32,924 nucleotides of DNA, taken from the NCBI GenBank assembly GCA_022703115.1, contig JAKLEK010000002.1, forward strand, positions 1 through 32,924. The letters run 5' to 3'. Source of the DNA: Elusimicrobiota bacterium (GTDB lineage: Bacteria > Elusimicrobiota > Elusimicrobia > Elusimicrobiales > UBA9959). Below the pieces are notes generated by a model, which saw nothing but the letters and a program-made list of their open reading frames with translations, had not been told where the DNA came from and did not search any database. The position numbers were made by a program, and so were the translations under genes. Every line of letters starts with the position of its first letter. Positions within the stretch are counted from its first letter, which is position 1. Below, piece by piece: positions 14,341-22,362 of this stretch.

Positions 14341-15150
14341 ATGGCGTTGTTGAACCTCCATCTGCATTCCAATTATTCGGACGGCAGCCTGACGCCGTCC
14401 GGGCTGGCCGATGCCGTCGTAAAAGCCGGGATAGGCTGGGTCTCGCTTACCGACCACGACATCTGCGCCGGCTGGAGCGAACTGGAACCGCGGCTCAGGG
14501 AGCGCGGGGTGCGGTACCTGCGCGGCGTGGAAGTGAGCACCTCGGTGCACGACAACCTCCACATACTGGGTTACGGACTGGATGTGGGAAACAAAGTCCT
14601 ATCGGACCGCCTGGCGGTTTTCCGTTCCCGCCGCGTAGAGCGGGTGAAGAAGATAATAGCCCTTTTGAAGGAACAGGGCGTCGATATATCCTTCGAAGAA
14701 CTGAACGTAGAAGCCGACCACTGCTGCGGCCGGCCCCACATAGCCGATCTCATGAAAAAGCGCGGCCTGGTACGTACGCGCCAGAAGGCCTTCGAGAAGT
14801 ACATAGCTTACGGCAGGCCGGCCTACGTGCCGCCCTGCGGGCCCGGCATAGAGGAAGCGATCCGGACCATAAAGGACGCGGGCGGCATTACGGTGCTGGC
14901 CCACCCGGGCGTCGTGTACGACATCCTCGAACTCGGCAAGTGGAAGGAAATGGGGTTGGACGGAATAGAGGCCTTCTACCCCGCGCATACCGGCGTCCGC
15001 ACGCGGGAGTTCCTGTCCATGGCCAGGGCGCACGGCCTCCTGGTCACCGCCGGCACCGATTATCACGGACCCGATACCGGCCGCGGCGAGCTGTTCGGGT
15101 ACGAATGGCACGACGAATTCTTCGGGCCGCTCAAGGAACTGTTCGTATGA
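14341..15150 (+). CDS. PHP-domain phosphoesterase (TrpH/YciV-like)
   Basis: The 269-aa ORF has LNLHLHSNYSDGSLTPSGL...SLTDHD...HILGYGLD...VLAHPG...GIEAFYP, the metal-binding His/Asp pattern of the PHP family. Confidence 0.8.
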   Translation: MALLNLHLHSNYSDGSLTPSGLADAVVKAGIGWVSLTDHDICAGWSELEPRLRERGVRYLRGVEVSTSVHDNLHILGYGLDVGNKVLSDRLAVFRSRRVERVKKIIALLKEQGVDISFEELNVEADHCCGRPHIADLMKKRGLVRTRQKAFEKYIAYGRPAYVPPCGPGIEEAIRTIKDAGGITVLAHPGVVYDILELGKWKEMGLDGIEAFYPAHTGVRTREFLSMARAHGLLVTAGTDYHGPDTGRGELFGYEWHDEFFGPLKELFV

Positions 15151-15875
15151 AAATAATCGCGCATCGCGGCGCTTCCGGTTACGCTCCCGGCAATACGCTT
15201 TCGGCCTTCGCTCTGGCATTGAAAATGGGATCGAAGGCGTTCGAACTGGACGTGCATCGTTCCCGGGACGGCCGGCTGGTGGTATGCCACGACTACGAAT
15301 TGGGCCGTCCCGCCGGCGCGCCCCTCAGGATAGCCTTATCGGATTACGCCGCCCTGAAGAAGATAAACGTAGGAGACAAGTTCGGTTTTCCATCCGAGCG
15401 CGTTCCGCTGCTCGAAGAAGCGCTGGACCTCATCGCCCCGTCCGCCGAATGGATAAATATCGAGATCAAGAACGACGGGGACGCGTATCCCGGGATAGAG
15501 GGGGACCTGCTCGCGGCCATCCGCGTCCGGCCTGGGCTTATCAAAAAGGTCCTGTTCTCAAGTTTCGATTACGGCACCGTAAAGCGGCTCAGGGCGCTGG
15601 AAAGCGGCGCCTCGCTGGGATATCTGCAGCGCGGGCTGAGGACGCTCTCCCTGCTGCCGGCCATTGTGCGCGCCAAAGCGGTGGGCGCCGTCAATTTCCA
15701 CTTCAGCCTGAGGAGCGCGTCACGCCTCAACATCGCCCTGGTCCGTAAGGCGGGACTGAAGGTCTGCGTCTATACGGTCAACAGCAAGCCGGACGCGCTG
15801 CGGCTGGCCGGCCTGGGAGCGGACGGGATATTTTCCGATTATCCGGACCTCCTCTCGCGGGGAGGAGGCCAATGA
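15147..15875 (+). CDS. Glycerophosphodiester phosphodiesterase (GDPD family)
   Basis: The start ATG at 15147 forms an ATGA overlap with the PHP gene. MKIIAHRGASGYAPGNTLSAFALALKMGSKAFELDVHRSRDGRLVVCHD...NIEIK is the canonical GDPD signature (HRG...E.D...HD). Confidence 0.85.
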   Translation: MKIIAHRGASGYAPGNTLSAFALALKMGSKAFELDVHRSRDGRLVVCHDYELGRPAGAPLRIALSDYAALKKINVGDKFGFPSERVPLLEEALDLIAPSAEWINIEIKNDGDAYPGIEGDLLAAIRVRPGLIKKVLFSSFDYGTVKRLRALESGASLGYLQRGLRTLSLLPAIVRAKAVGAVNFHFSLRSASRLNIALVRKAGLKVCVYTVNSKPDALRLAGLGADGIFSDYPDLLSRGGGQ

Positions 15876-16891
15876 GCGCCTTGCCGGCCGAGCTCAGTGG
15901 AGAGATCGAAAGGCTGGCGGCCCGCGGCCTGAGCGCCGGCTGCCTGGCGAGGCCCATGAGGGATGTCGCCGCCCTGACCCTCAGTATAAACCGGCTCAAG
16001 GAAAGGAAGAAGGCCGTTATATGCGCGCACGTCTACCAGACGCCGGACATAATCTGCGGAGTGGGCGACCTGGTCGGCGATTCGTATAAATTGGCGGAGG
16101 AGGCCCGCGGTACCAAGGCGGAGAACGTGATCTTCTGCGGCGTGCATTTCATGGCCGAAACCGCCAAGATCCTTGACCCTTCGCGCCGGGTTTTCGTGCC
16201 GTCCGGCAACGCCGGCTGCTCTCTCAGCGAAAGCATAACCGCCGCCGACGTGCGTGAACTGAAGGCCCGGCACCCCGGCCTGCCGGTGGTGACCTATATA
16301 AACACTTCGGCCGGGGTCAAGGCCGAATCGGACTGTGTCGTGACCAGCGCGAACGCCGAAAAGATCCTCGTTAAGATGTACCGCGAACATGAGCGGCTCA
16401 TCTTCATCCCGGACCGTTTCATGGGCGCTAACCTGGCCCGGAAGCTGGGCAAGACCCCCGGCAAGGATATCATCCTGTGGAACGGGTCCTGCGTAGTGCA
16501 CGAGAAGTTCGATCCCCGGCTCATAGAGACCTACCGCCGCCGGTATCCGGGCCTGGTCGCTTTGGCGCACGCCGAATGCCCTTCCGAGATAATAAACGCC
16601 GTGGACTTCATGGGCGGGACCGGCGACATGCTGTCTTACGTGCGGGATACAGGAGCTTCGGCCTATCTGCTGGTCACCGAGTGCGGCTTCGGGGAGCTGG
16701 CGCGGCTCAGGTTCCCGGAAAAGAACTTCATAGCGATGTGCAGGCTGTGTCCGTACATGAAATCCATTACGCTCGACAGCGTCCTCGACGCTCTCGAGCG
16801 CCTCCCTGCGGAATTGGAAGTGACAGTTCCGCCCGACACCGCGGCGCGGGCCCGCGTGGCCATCGAGAAGATGTTCGAACTGGCGAGATGA
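15872..16891 (+). CDS. nadA: Quinolinate synthase NadA
   Basis: The 339-aa ORF has VICAHVYQTPDI...VIFCGVHFMAETAKIL...VVTYINTSAGVKA...VTSANA...ECPSE...MCRLCPYM, typical of NadA. Its start forms an ATGA overlap with the GDPD gene. Confidence 0.9.
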   Translation: MSALPAELSGEIERLAARGLSAGCLARPMRDVAALTLSINRLKERKKAVICAHVYQTPDIICGVGDLVGDSYKLAEEARGTKAENVIFCGVHFMAETAKILDPSRRVFVPSGNAGCSLSESITAADVRELKARHPGLPVVTYINTSAGVKAESDCVVTSANAEKILVKMYREHERLIFIPDRFMGANLARKLGKTPGKDIILWNGSCVVHEKFDPRLIETYRRRYPGLVALAHAECPSEIINAVDFMGGTGDMLSYVRDTGASAYLLVTECGFGELARLRFPEKNFIAMCRLCPYMKSITLDSVLDALERLPAELEVTVPPDTAARARVAIEKMFELAR

Positions 16892-16895
16892 GAGT

Positions 16896-17642
16896 TCAGC
16901 CGGTTCGGCGCGCCAGCACTATGAGCCGGCGTGAACCCGGCCCGAAAGGCGAACCGTCGAATCCGCCCCAACACCTGAGAGGCTTAAGGCCGGCCTTGCG
17001 GAGGGCGGCGGATATCCTGGCTTTGGAATAAAGACGTACGAAATAGGTCCTGCTCTCGGCTGCGCCGCCCTTGAGCCGCGTCCGGGTGGTCACGATACCG
17101 TCCCCTGCCGGTTCGCTTTCGTCCAGCGAATAGTCGTTTTTCCCCAGCCTTTCCCAGTACCTTTGCCTGAGCTCGCTCTTCAACCGTTCCCTGTTGACGA
17201 TGTCCAGAAGGAAGTATCCCCCCGGCCTGAGCGCCCGCGCCGTTCCCTTGAGAACCCGCATGTCGTCCGAGAATTTCCGGAAATAACCGAAGCTGGTGAA
17301 AAGGCTGGTCACCGCGTCGAACTCCCCCTTGAAGGCCAGGCGGCGCATATCCCCTTTCAGGAAGCGGACCTTGACCCGGGCTTTCGCGGCCCTTTCCGCG
17401 GCCTCCTTCAAATAGTCGGCGGAAAGGTCGTAGCCGGTGACCTCCAGCCCTTTTTTCGCCAGCGGTACGGCGTGCCGGCCGGGCCCGCAGCAGAGGTCCA
17501 GCAGCCGGTCCCCGGCGCGGAGCTTCATCTTCCGTATAACGAAGGAGGCCTCTGCGCCGGCTTTGGCTAGGGCCGCGGGAGAGGCGGGGTTGTAGAAGGA
17601 AGTCTTAAAAAAAGATCTGTGCCATTCGCCCGGTATGCGCAT
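16896..17642 (-). CDS. Class I SAM-dependent methyltransferase
   Basis: The 248-aa ORF has motif I, LLDLCCGPGRHAVPLAKKGLEVTGYDLS. It is convergent with nadA, separated by a 4-nt gap. Confidence 0.8.
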   Translation of the reverse strand: MRIPGEWHRSFFKTSFYNPASPAALAKAGAEASFVIRKMKLRAGDRLLDLCCGPGRHAVPLAKKGLEVTGYDLSADYLKEAAERAAKARVKVRFLKGDMRRLAFKGEFDAVTSLFTSFGYFRKFSDDMRVLKGTARALRPGGYFLLDIVNRERLKSELRQRYWERLGKNDYSLDESEPAGDGIVTTRTRLKGGAAESRTYFVRLYSKARISAALRKAGLKPLRCWGGFDGSPFGPGSRRLIVLARRTG

Positions 17643-17700
17643 AAGGGTCCCTCCGTCAGGTCCGGATGTTCCGCGGTTTAATTTTACCTATAATATCAGC

Positions 17701-18576
17701 ATGAAGTATATCCAGATCATAGCCGCTTCGGTGATATGGGGCAGCGCGTACCCGTTCACTAAATATCTGGTCGGGGAGGTCTCCCCGCTGACGGCCGTTA
17801 CCTTGCGGACTTCGATAGGCGCGCTGGTGCTGCTGGCGGCGTCCGGAGTACGTTTCGAGCCCGCCGGTCCCCGGCCCCGGTTCTTCTGGAAGATCTTCGC
17901 GCTTTCCCTGCTGGGCGTGTCCGTCCAGCAGTACGTGCAGGCCTACGCCCTGAGGTTCACCAGCGCGGGGCATGCCGGCTGGCTTATAGTGACCATCCCG
18001 ATAATGGTGGCGGCCGCCATGGCGCTGCTCGGAGAGCGGCTGGGCCGACATAAAGCGGCCGCCCTCGCTCTGGGTTCGGCCGGCGCCCTGCTGGTCGTCT
18101 TTTCCGGCGCCCCCGGGCCGGCCGGGACCGCGGCCGCCGCGATGAGGGCCGACATGATCTTTCTGATAAGCTGCCTGAACTGGACCGGCTATGTGGTGCT
18201 GAGCAGGAAATGGTTCTCGGCCCGGTCTCAGGCCGAGATCACCTCGGCCACAATGTTCACGGCCATGCTCACTCTGCTGGCGGTCTGGGTCGTCTCGGGA
18301 GGAGCCGCCGATCTCGCGTCGCTCTCGTTCAAAGGCTGGTTATGCGCGGCGTATCTGGGGGCGCTGTCTTCGGCGCTGGCTTACACTTTCTGGAACAATT
18401 CCGTGGAAAGGCTGGGCCCGGTTACGGCGTCCTACTTCATATACCTGCAGCCTTTCGCCGCCGCCCTGTCTGCCTATATATTCATCGGAGAGCGGCCGGC
18501 CCCGTGGGCCTTTGCAGGAGGCGGCCTGATAATGGCGGGGGTCTATTTCGTGAACATGAACGGGGCGCGCCGCTGA
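17701..18576 (+). CDS. EamA/DMT-family transporter
   Basis: I place the start at the ATG at 17701 (MKYIQIIAASVIWGSAYPFTKYLV). About 10 hydrophobic helices form two EamA-like halves. Confidence 0.8.
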   Translation: MKYIQIIAASVIWGSAYPFTKYLVGEVSPLTAVTLRTSIGALVLLAASGVRFEPAGPRPRFFWKIFALSLLGVSVQQYVQAYALRFTSAGHAGWLIVTIPIMVAAAMALLGERLGRHKAAALALGSAGALLVVFSGAPGPAGTAAAAMRADMIFLISCLNWTGYVVLSRKWFSARSQAEITSATMFTAMLTLLAVWVVSGGAADLASLSFKGWLCAAYLGALSSALAYTFWNNSVERLGPVTASYFIYLQPFAAALSAYIFIGERPAPWAFAGGGLIMAGVYFVNMNGARR

Positions 18577-18588
18577 ACGCGGGGCCGC

Positions 18589-19062
18589 TCAGCCTTTAAG
18601 CATGTTCCTGTAAACGCCCGGCTCCGACCCCTCTATGACCGAGGCTCCGGCGGCTTTCCTGAAAAATTCAGCCGAGGCGGCCCAGCCTATTATCGCGTAG
18701 CCGTAGCCGGCCTCGCGCATGGCTTCCAGGGTCCTTAGGGTCAGGGCCTTTCCCAAACCGGCTTTGCGCTGAGCCTCGTCCACGCCCACCGGCCCGAAGA
18801 ACCCTTTGCACGTGGCGTCGTAGCAGGCGAAGCCGGCGATCTTTCCGTCTTTCAGGGCCACGAAGCAGGAGCAGGGCAGGCGGGAGAAGGCGGCCTCGCA
18901 CTCCGACGCCCAGGCTTTAGGGAATTTCGCCGCCACCCAGTCCCTTACCACGTGTCTCTCTGGAGGGATGACCCTTTTTATCGTTATGCCGGAAGAGGCC
19001 AGGTCCTCGTACAGCTTTCCGGGGTCGGGGAGCGCGTAGAGTTTCACCAGCAGATCGGCCAT
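18589..19062 (-). CDS. GNAT-family N-acetyltransferase
   Basis: The 157-aa ORF has the acetyl-CoA binding motif VGVDEAQRKAGLGKAL. Confidence 0.8.
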   Translation of the reverse strand: MADLLVKLYALPDPGKLYEDLASSGITIKRVIPPERHVVRDWVAAKFPKAWASECEAAFSRLPCSCFVALKDGKIAGFACYDATCKGFFGPVGVDEAQRKAGLGKALTLRTLEAMREAGYGYAIIGWAASAEFFRKAAGASVIEGSEPGVYRNMLKG

Positions 19063-19063
19063 A

Positions 19064-19651
19064 TCATTCCTCCGGTGCGTCCTGCGGGGGTTGTCCGCCG
19101 CCCGTCCCGAAGTCCAGTTTGTCTTCTTCTTTTTCCGTACGATCCGCCGCGGGTTTCGCCGCGGAGGATTTTTTGCCGGCGGATGGTTTTTTCCTGGGTT
19201 TCGGTTCTTTGATGATCGGATTGGTCTTTTTGTCGAAAGTGTAAACGGGCGGACGGTCTATCCTGTTGAATTTATACTCGGATACCGGCGGAGGCGGTGT
19301 CTTTTTCGCCTTTTTCTTATTATCCTTTTTCTTTCCGGCCGGGGCCGGCTTGGCGGGTTTCGGCAGCAGCGTGATGCGTCCGCCGTCCGCCGGTACGCCG
19401 GCTTCCGGGGTGTCGACGAGGTCCTCTTCCGGGGCGTTCTCTTCCGCAGGCTCCCCGTCGGTCGCCGCCGGCTTTTCGGCCGCTTTCCCGTCCCTGGTTT
19501 CCGCGTTCCCTTCCGCCGCGTCCTCTTTCTCCACCGCGGCGCCGGCCGACGAGTCCTGGCCGGAGGTTTCCGGCATGCGTATCCGGACCTGGGCCGAGGC
19601 GGCGGACAGCAGTGTCAGCGTAAGGGAGAGCGAAACAAGCAGGATCTTCAT
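19064..19651 (-). CDS. Secreted low-complexity Lys/Pro/Ala/Glu-rich protein
   Basis: The 195-aa ORF has a signal peptide, MKILLVSLSLTLTLLSAASAQ. The rest is acidic, then strongly basic, low complexity. Its stop lies 1 nt before the GNAT start. Confidence 0.55.
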   Translation of the reverse strand: MKILLVSLSLTLTLLSAASAQVRIRMPETSGQDSSAGAAVEKEDAAEGNAETRDGKAAEKPAATDGEPAEENAPEEDLVDTPEAGVPADGGRITLLPKPAKPAPAGKKKDNKKKAKKTPPPPVSEYKFNRIDRPPVYTFDKKTNPIIKEPKPRKKPSAGKKSSAAKPAADRTEKEEDKLDFGTGGGQPPQDAPEE

Positions 19652-19671
19652 GGTATATCGGGTCCTTTAAT

Positions 19672-20547
19672 TCAGCGGCGCAGGCCGTTCTCTGCGGCTT
19701 TCACGCTGGCTTCCAGCAGCGAGGCCAGCGTGACGGGGCCGACCCCGCCCGGCACCGGCGTTACGGCTTTTACTTTACCGTTCAGGTCTTCGAAGTCGGC
19801 GTCCCCGCACATTTTGCCGTTCTCGTCCAGGTTGGTTCCCACGTCTATCACCACGCAATCGGGCGAAAGCATGCCCGCCTTCAGCCAGCGCGCCCTGCCG
19901 GCCGCGGTCACCACGATGTCAGAAGCCTTGAAAACGGAGGCGATGTCGGCGGTCTTCGTGTGGCAGACGGTCACTGTGGCGTCTAATCCGGTCAGCATGT
20001 GCGCCAGCGGGCGCCCCACTACCGCGGAGCGCCCCGCGACGGCGACCCGCCGGCCTTTGACCTCTATCCCGTGATGCTTTAAAAGGCGGATCACCGCGAG
20101 CGCGGTGCAGGGAACGAAAAAGCCCGCGCGCTCCGGGTCGCCGCCTCTGGAAATGAACAGGCGGCCCATGTTGGCTGAGGAAAGCGCGTCAACGTCCTTC
20201 GCGGCGGGGACGGCGTCCCACATGCCGGTCGTTTCGAACCCTTCCGGCAGAGGGCGCTCTATCATGACCGCGTCGGTCCCCGCGTCGGAACCGAGCCTGG
20301 AGAGAAGCTTCAGGAACCCGGCCAGGCCCTCCCCTGCGTCCGGCTTGATGAGCTCGGTCCGTATGCCCAGGCGCGCGCACGCGGCGAGTTTGCGCTGGAC
20401 GTAGATGGCGGACGGGGAGTCTTCGAAATAATTGACCACCGCCAGCGAGGGCGGGCGTCCCGCCGCCGCGGAAAAAGCGGCGATCCGCGGCGAGAGCGCG
20501 TCGAGGATGCTCTTCGAGAGGGTTTTTCCTTCCAGCAGCGCCGTCAT
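19672..20547 (-). CDS. folD: Bifunctional methylenetetrahydrofolate dehydrogenase/cyclohydrolase FolD
   Basis: The 291-aa ORF has YVQRKLAACARLGI, PCTALAVIRLLKHHGIEVKGRRVAVAGRSAVVGRPLAHML and GGVGPVTLASLL. Confidence 0.93.
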   Translation of the reverse strand: MTALLEGKTLSKSILDALSPRIAAFSAAAGRPPSLAVVNYFEDSPSAIYVQRKLAACARLGIRTELIKPDAGEGLAGFLKLLSRLGSDAGTDAVMIERPLPEGFETTGMWDAVPAAKDVDALSSANMGRLFISRGGDPERAGFFVPCTALAVIRLLKHHGIEVKGRRVAVAGRSAVVGRPLAHMLTGLDATVTVCHTKTADIASVFKASDIVVTAAGRARWLKAGMLSPDCVVIDVGTNLDENGKMCGDADFEDLNGKVKAVTPVPGGVGPVTLASLLEASVKAAENGLRR

Positions 20548-20597
20548 TCCTTAATATTACCAAATTTGTCCCGGTCCCGGCAGGGCGGCGGGACCAT

Positions 20598-20630
20598 AAA
20601 AAAACCGCCCGCTTGCGGCGGACGGTTTTT
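20598..20630 (-). terminator. Intrinsic terminator (potentially bidirectional) after the small repeat-protein gene
   Basis: A7 (20598-20604) is followed by an imperfect GC hairpin CCGCCCGC-TTGC-GGCGGACGG and then T5 (20626-20630). On the minus strand the hairpin is followed by a run of 7 U. Confidence 0.6.
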
Positions 20631-20653
20631 CGTACTGCGGAGAAAAAGACGTC

Positions 20654-20893
20654 TTATTTCTTTTTCTTGGTCTTGGCGTTGACCATCTTGGCGCGGCCGA
20701 TATCGCCGGCCTTGTCGAGATAATAGAGGTAGCCCGGCTCCTTCCTGACGCCGACCTTGGTCACCTTCTGGGGCTTTCCGCCCTTTTTCCCGCCGCGGGC
20801 CATCTTGGCGCGGGCGACGTCCCCGGCCTTGTCTATGTAATAGAGGAAACCGTCCTCTCTCTTTACGCCTACTTTCTGTACTTTTTCACCCAT
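20654..20893 (-). CDS. Small basic protein (79 aa) made of two tandem ~38-aa repeats
   Basis: KVQKVGVKREDGFLYYIDKAGDVARAKM is followed by KVTKVGVRKEPGYLYYLDKAGDIGRAKM and a KTKKKK tail. An AGGAGGA RBS lies 7 nt upstream of the ATG, and the gene has its own promoter and terminator. Confidence 0.7.
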   Translation of the reverse strand: MGEKVQKVGVKREDGFLYYIDKAGDVARAKMARGGKKGGKPQKVTKVGVRKEPGYLYYLDKAGDIGRAKMVNAKTKKKK

Positions 20894-20929
20894 TATAAGG
20901 TCCTCCTGCAGAACGAGTCTCTAACGAAA

Positions 20930-20958
20930 ATTCTACACTATATCGTCGTAGAAATCAA
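20930..20958 (-). promoter_or_regulatory. Sigma-70-like promoter for the small repeat-protein gene
   Basis: On the minus strand, TTGATT (reverse complement of 20953-20958) is followed by a 17-nt spacer and TAGAAT (reverse complement of 20930-20935). The -10 element is about 37 nt upstream of the ATG. Confidence 0.5.
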
Positions 20959-20987
20959 TACCGGGCAAGAAGCAGAACGAGATATGG

Positions 20988-21271
20988 TTGGAGGGGAGGC
21001 CGGGGATTTGGCGGAGCAAACCGTCACGGAGGCCCGAACTTGCGTAAGCGAGAGGGCCGGGCGGACTACGCTATCCTGTCGTGTGTTCGTGGACGCAACT
21101 CGTGAGGGGGGGCTGGGCTATCGAAGGTTTGCTACGGACACTGTGCGAGGCCGTCTGAGGGCCATAGGCCTTGAAACGGCACTGGCATAGCCGAGACCCC
21201 GTGTTTGCGGAGCCAAACCCCGGACAGGCCCCCGAACCCTACGCGGAACTCTTGATGTCGCCCAGCCGGAC
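20988..21271 (+). ncRNA. Candidate structured RNA, copy B
   Basis: It begins TTGGAGGGG. The helices are 20993-96/21229-32, 21000-05/21218-23, 21007-12/21212-17, 21016-20/21204-08 and 21025-29/21199-203. The same AGG/ACAGG internal loop and the 4-nt bulge followed by AGGCC are present as in copy A. CTTGCGTAAG is at 21039-21048, and the core is at 21058-21100. A copy-specific inserted domain is closed by GGCTAT/ATAGCC (about 21115-21192). Confidence 0.5.
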
Positions 21272-21277
21272 GCGCGG

Positions 21278-22177
21278 TCAGAGATTTTCGGAGAAGAACT
21301 GGGAGACGCGCTTCTTGTAGACCTCGCCTCCGACCTCGGCGCACTTGCCGTGCGACGCCCCCGTTATGGTCCACAGCTGTTTCTTCTCCGATCCGCACAG
21401 GGAGAACAGTTCCTCCGCGTCCCGCAGCGGAACGATATCGTCGTGGTCGCCGTTTATCAGAAGCACCGGGGCCTTCACTCTGGATATATTGTGCGCCGGA
21501 CTGAACGGCTCCGGGTCCGCGCCCAGCTTCATCCTTACGAAGGCCAGCGTCACGGGCACCAGCGGAAAATACGGCACCCGCGTCCGTAGCCAGCTCCAGT
21601 TGGATATGACCCGCTTGTATGAAAGGAAGGTGTTCTCGGCCAGCAGGCATTTGATCTCCGGGTATTTGGCCGCCGCGAACACGGCCACCGAACCTCCCAT
21701 GGAGGAGCCGAAAACCGCCGTGCGCTCCATGGCGTGCGGCCGGTGGGCCTTGAGGAAATCGTAAGCCGCGTCGAAGTCCCGGGTCTCCAGATAGCCCACG
21801 CTGGACAACGTGCCGCCGCTTTCCCCCGAGCCGCGGAAGTCGAAATAGAACAGATTAAAGCCCTTCTCGGCCAGGAACCAGGTGTCCCGGAGCAGGTCGC
21901 CGCGGTTGACCCCCATGCCGTGGCACAGGATTATGGTCTTATCCGTTTCCCCCCCTTCCGCGGGGATGAACCAGCTCTTCAGCGTCAGGCCGTCGGAGGT
22001 GGGAAGATCTATGGTCTCGTAGGCCAGGCCGAACTGGTCGGGGTGTACGGTCACCGGGGTGCGCCGTTTGGGCGGACGTATTATGGAGTAGCTTTTGAAG
22101 TACGCCGTCACCAGGGTGGCGGCGGCCAGGCCAAGGGCAGAAAATAAAGACCAGTTCAGGATTTCCGCGGAGTTCAT
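21278..22177 (-). CDS. Membrane-anchored alpha/beta hydrolase
   Basis: The 299-aa ORF has an N-terminal TM helix, the nucleophile elbow GSSMGGS, and candidate catalytic Asp/His contexts INGDHDDIVP and GASHG. Confidence 0.8.
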   Translation of the reverse strand: MNSAEILNWSLFSALGLAAATLVTAYFKSYSIIRPPKRRTPVTVHPDQFGLAYETIDLPTSDGLTLKSWFIPAEGGETDKTIILCHGMGVNRGDLLRDTWFLAEKGFNLFYFDFRGSGESGGTLSSVGYLETRDFDAAYDFLKAHRPHAMERTAVFGSSMGGSVAVFAAAKYPEIKCLLAENTFLSYKRVISNWSWLRTRVPYFPLVPVTLAFVRMKLGADPEPFSPAHNISRVKAPVLLINGDHDDIVPLRDAEELFSLCGSEKKQLWTITGASHGKCAEVGGEVYKKRVSQFFSENL

Positions 22178-22362
22178 GTTTTCCTCGATATCCGGTAAGG
22201 AACGTTCCGCCGCGCAAAACGGCGGCTTTAAACGGCGTTCCGGCCCCTTTCCGGGGCCGCGCGCCGGTTCAATTATATTATTATCGGTCCTTATCTGACA
22301 AATCCCCCGGCCGCCAGGGTTGCCGGGGCGGAAATAATTTTGCTATTGTTATTGACCGACCT

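Noticed and set aside
20581-20592. The 12-mer CAGGGCGGCGGG, shared with 13880-13891.
   Set aside because: Roughly tens of 12-mer coincidences are expected by chance in a 33-kb window, more so at this GC content. The flanks do not align.
21150-21180. A hammerhead-ribozyme-like CTGAGG-GCC-ATA-GGC-CTTGAAAC in the copy B insert.
   Set aside because: The core does not fit CUGANGA...GAAA: GG replaces GA, and two extra nt precede GAAA. The motif is absent from the other copies.
20984-21190. A 68-aa plus-strand ORF inside copy B.
   Set aside because: Its frame differs from the frame that would be open in copy A. It has no RBS, and the conservation pattern is structural rather than codon-like.
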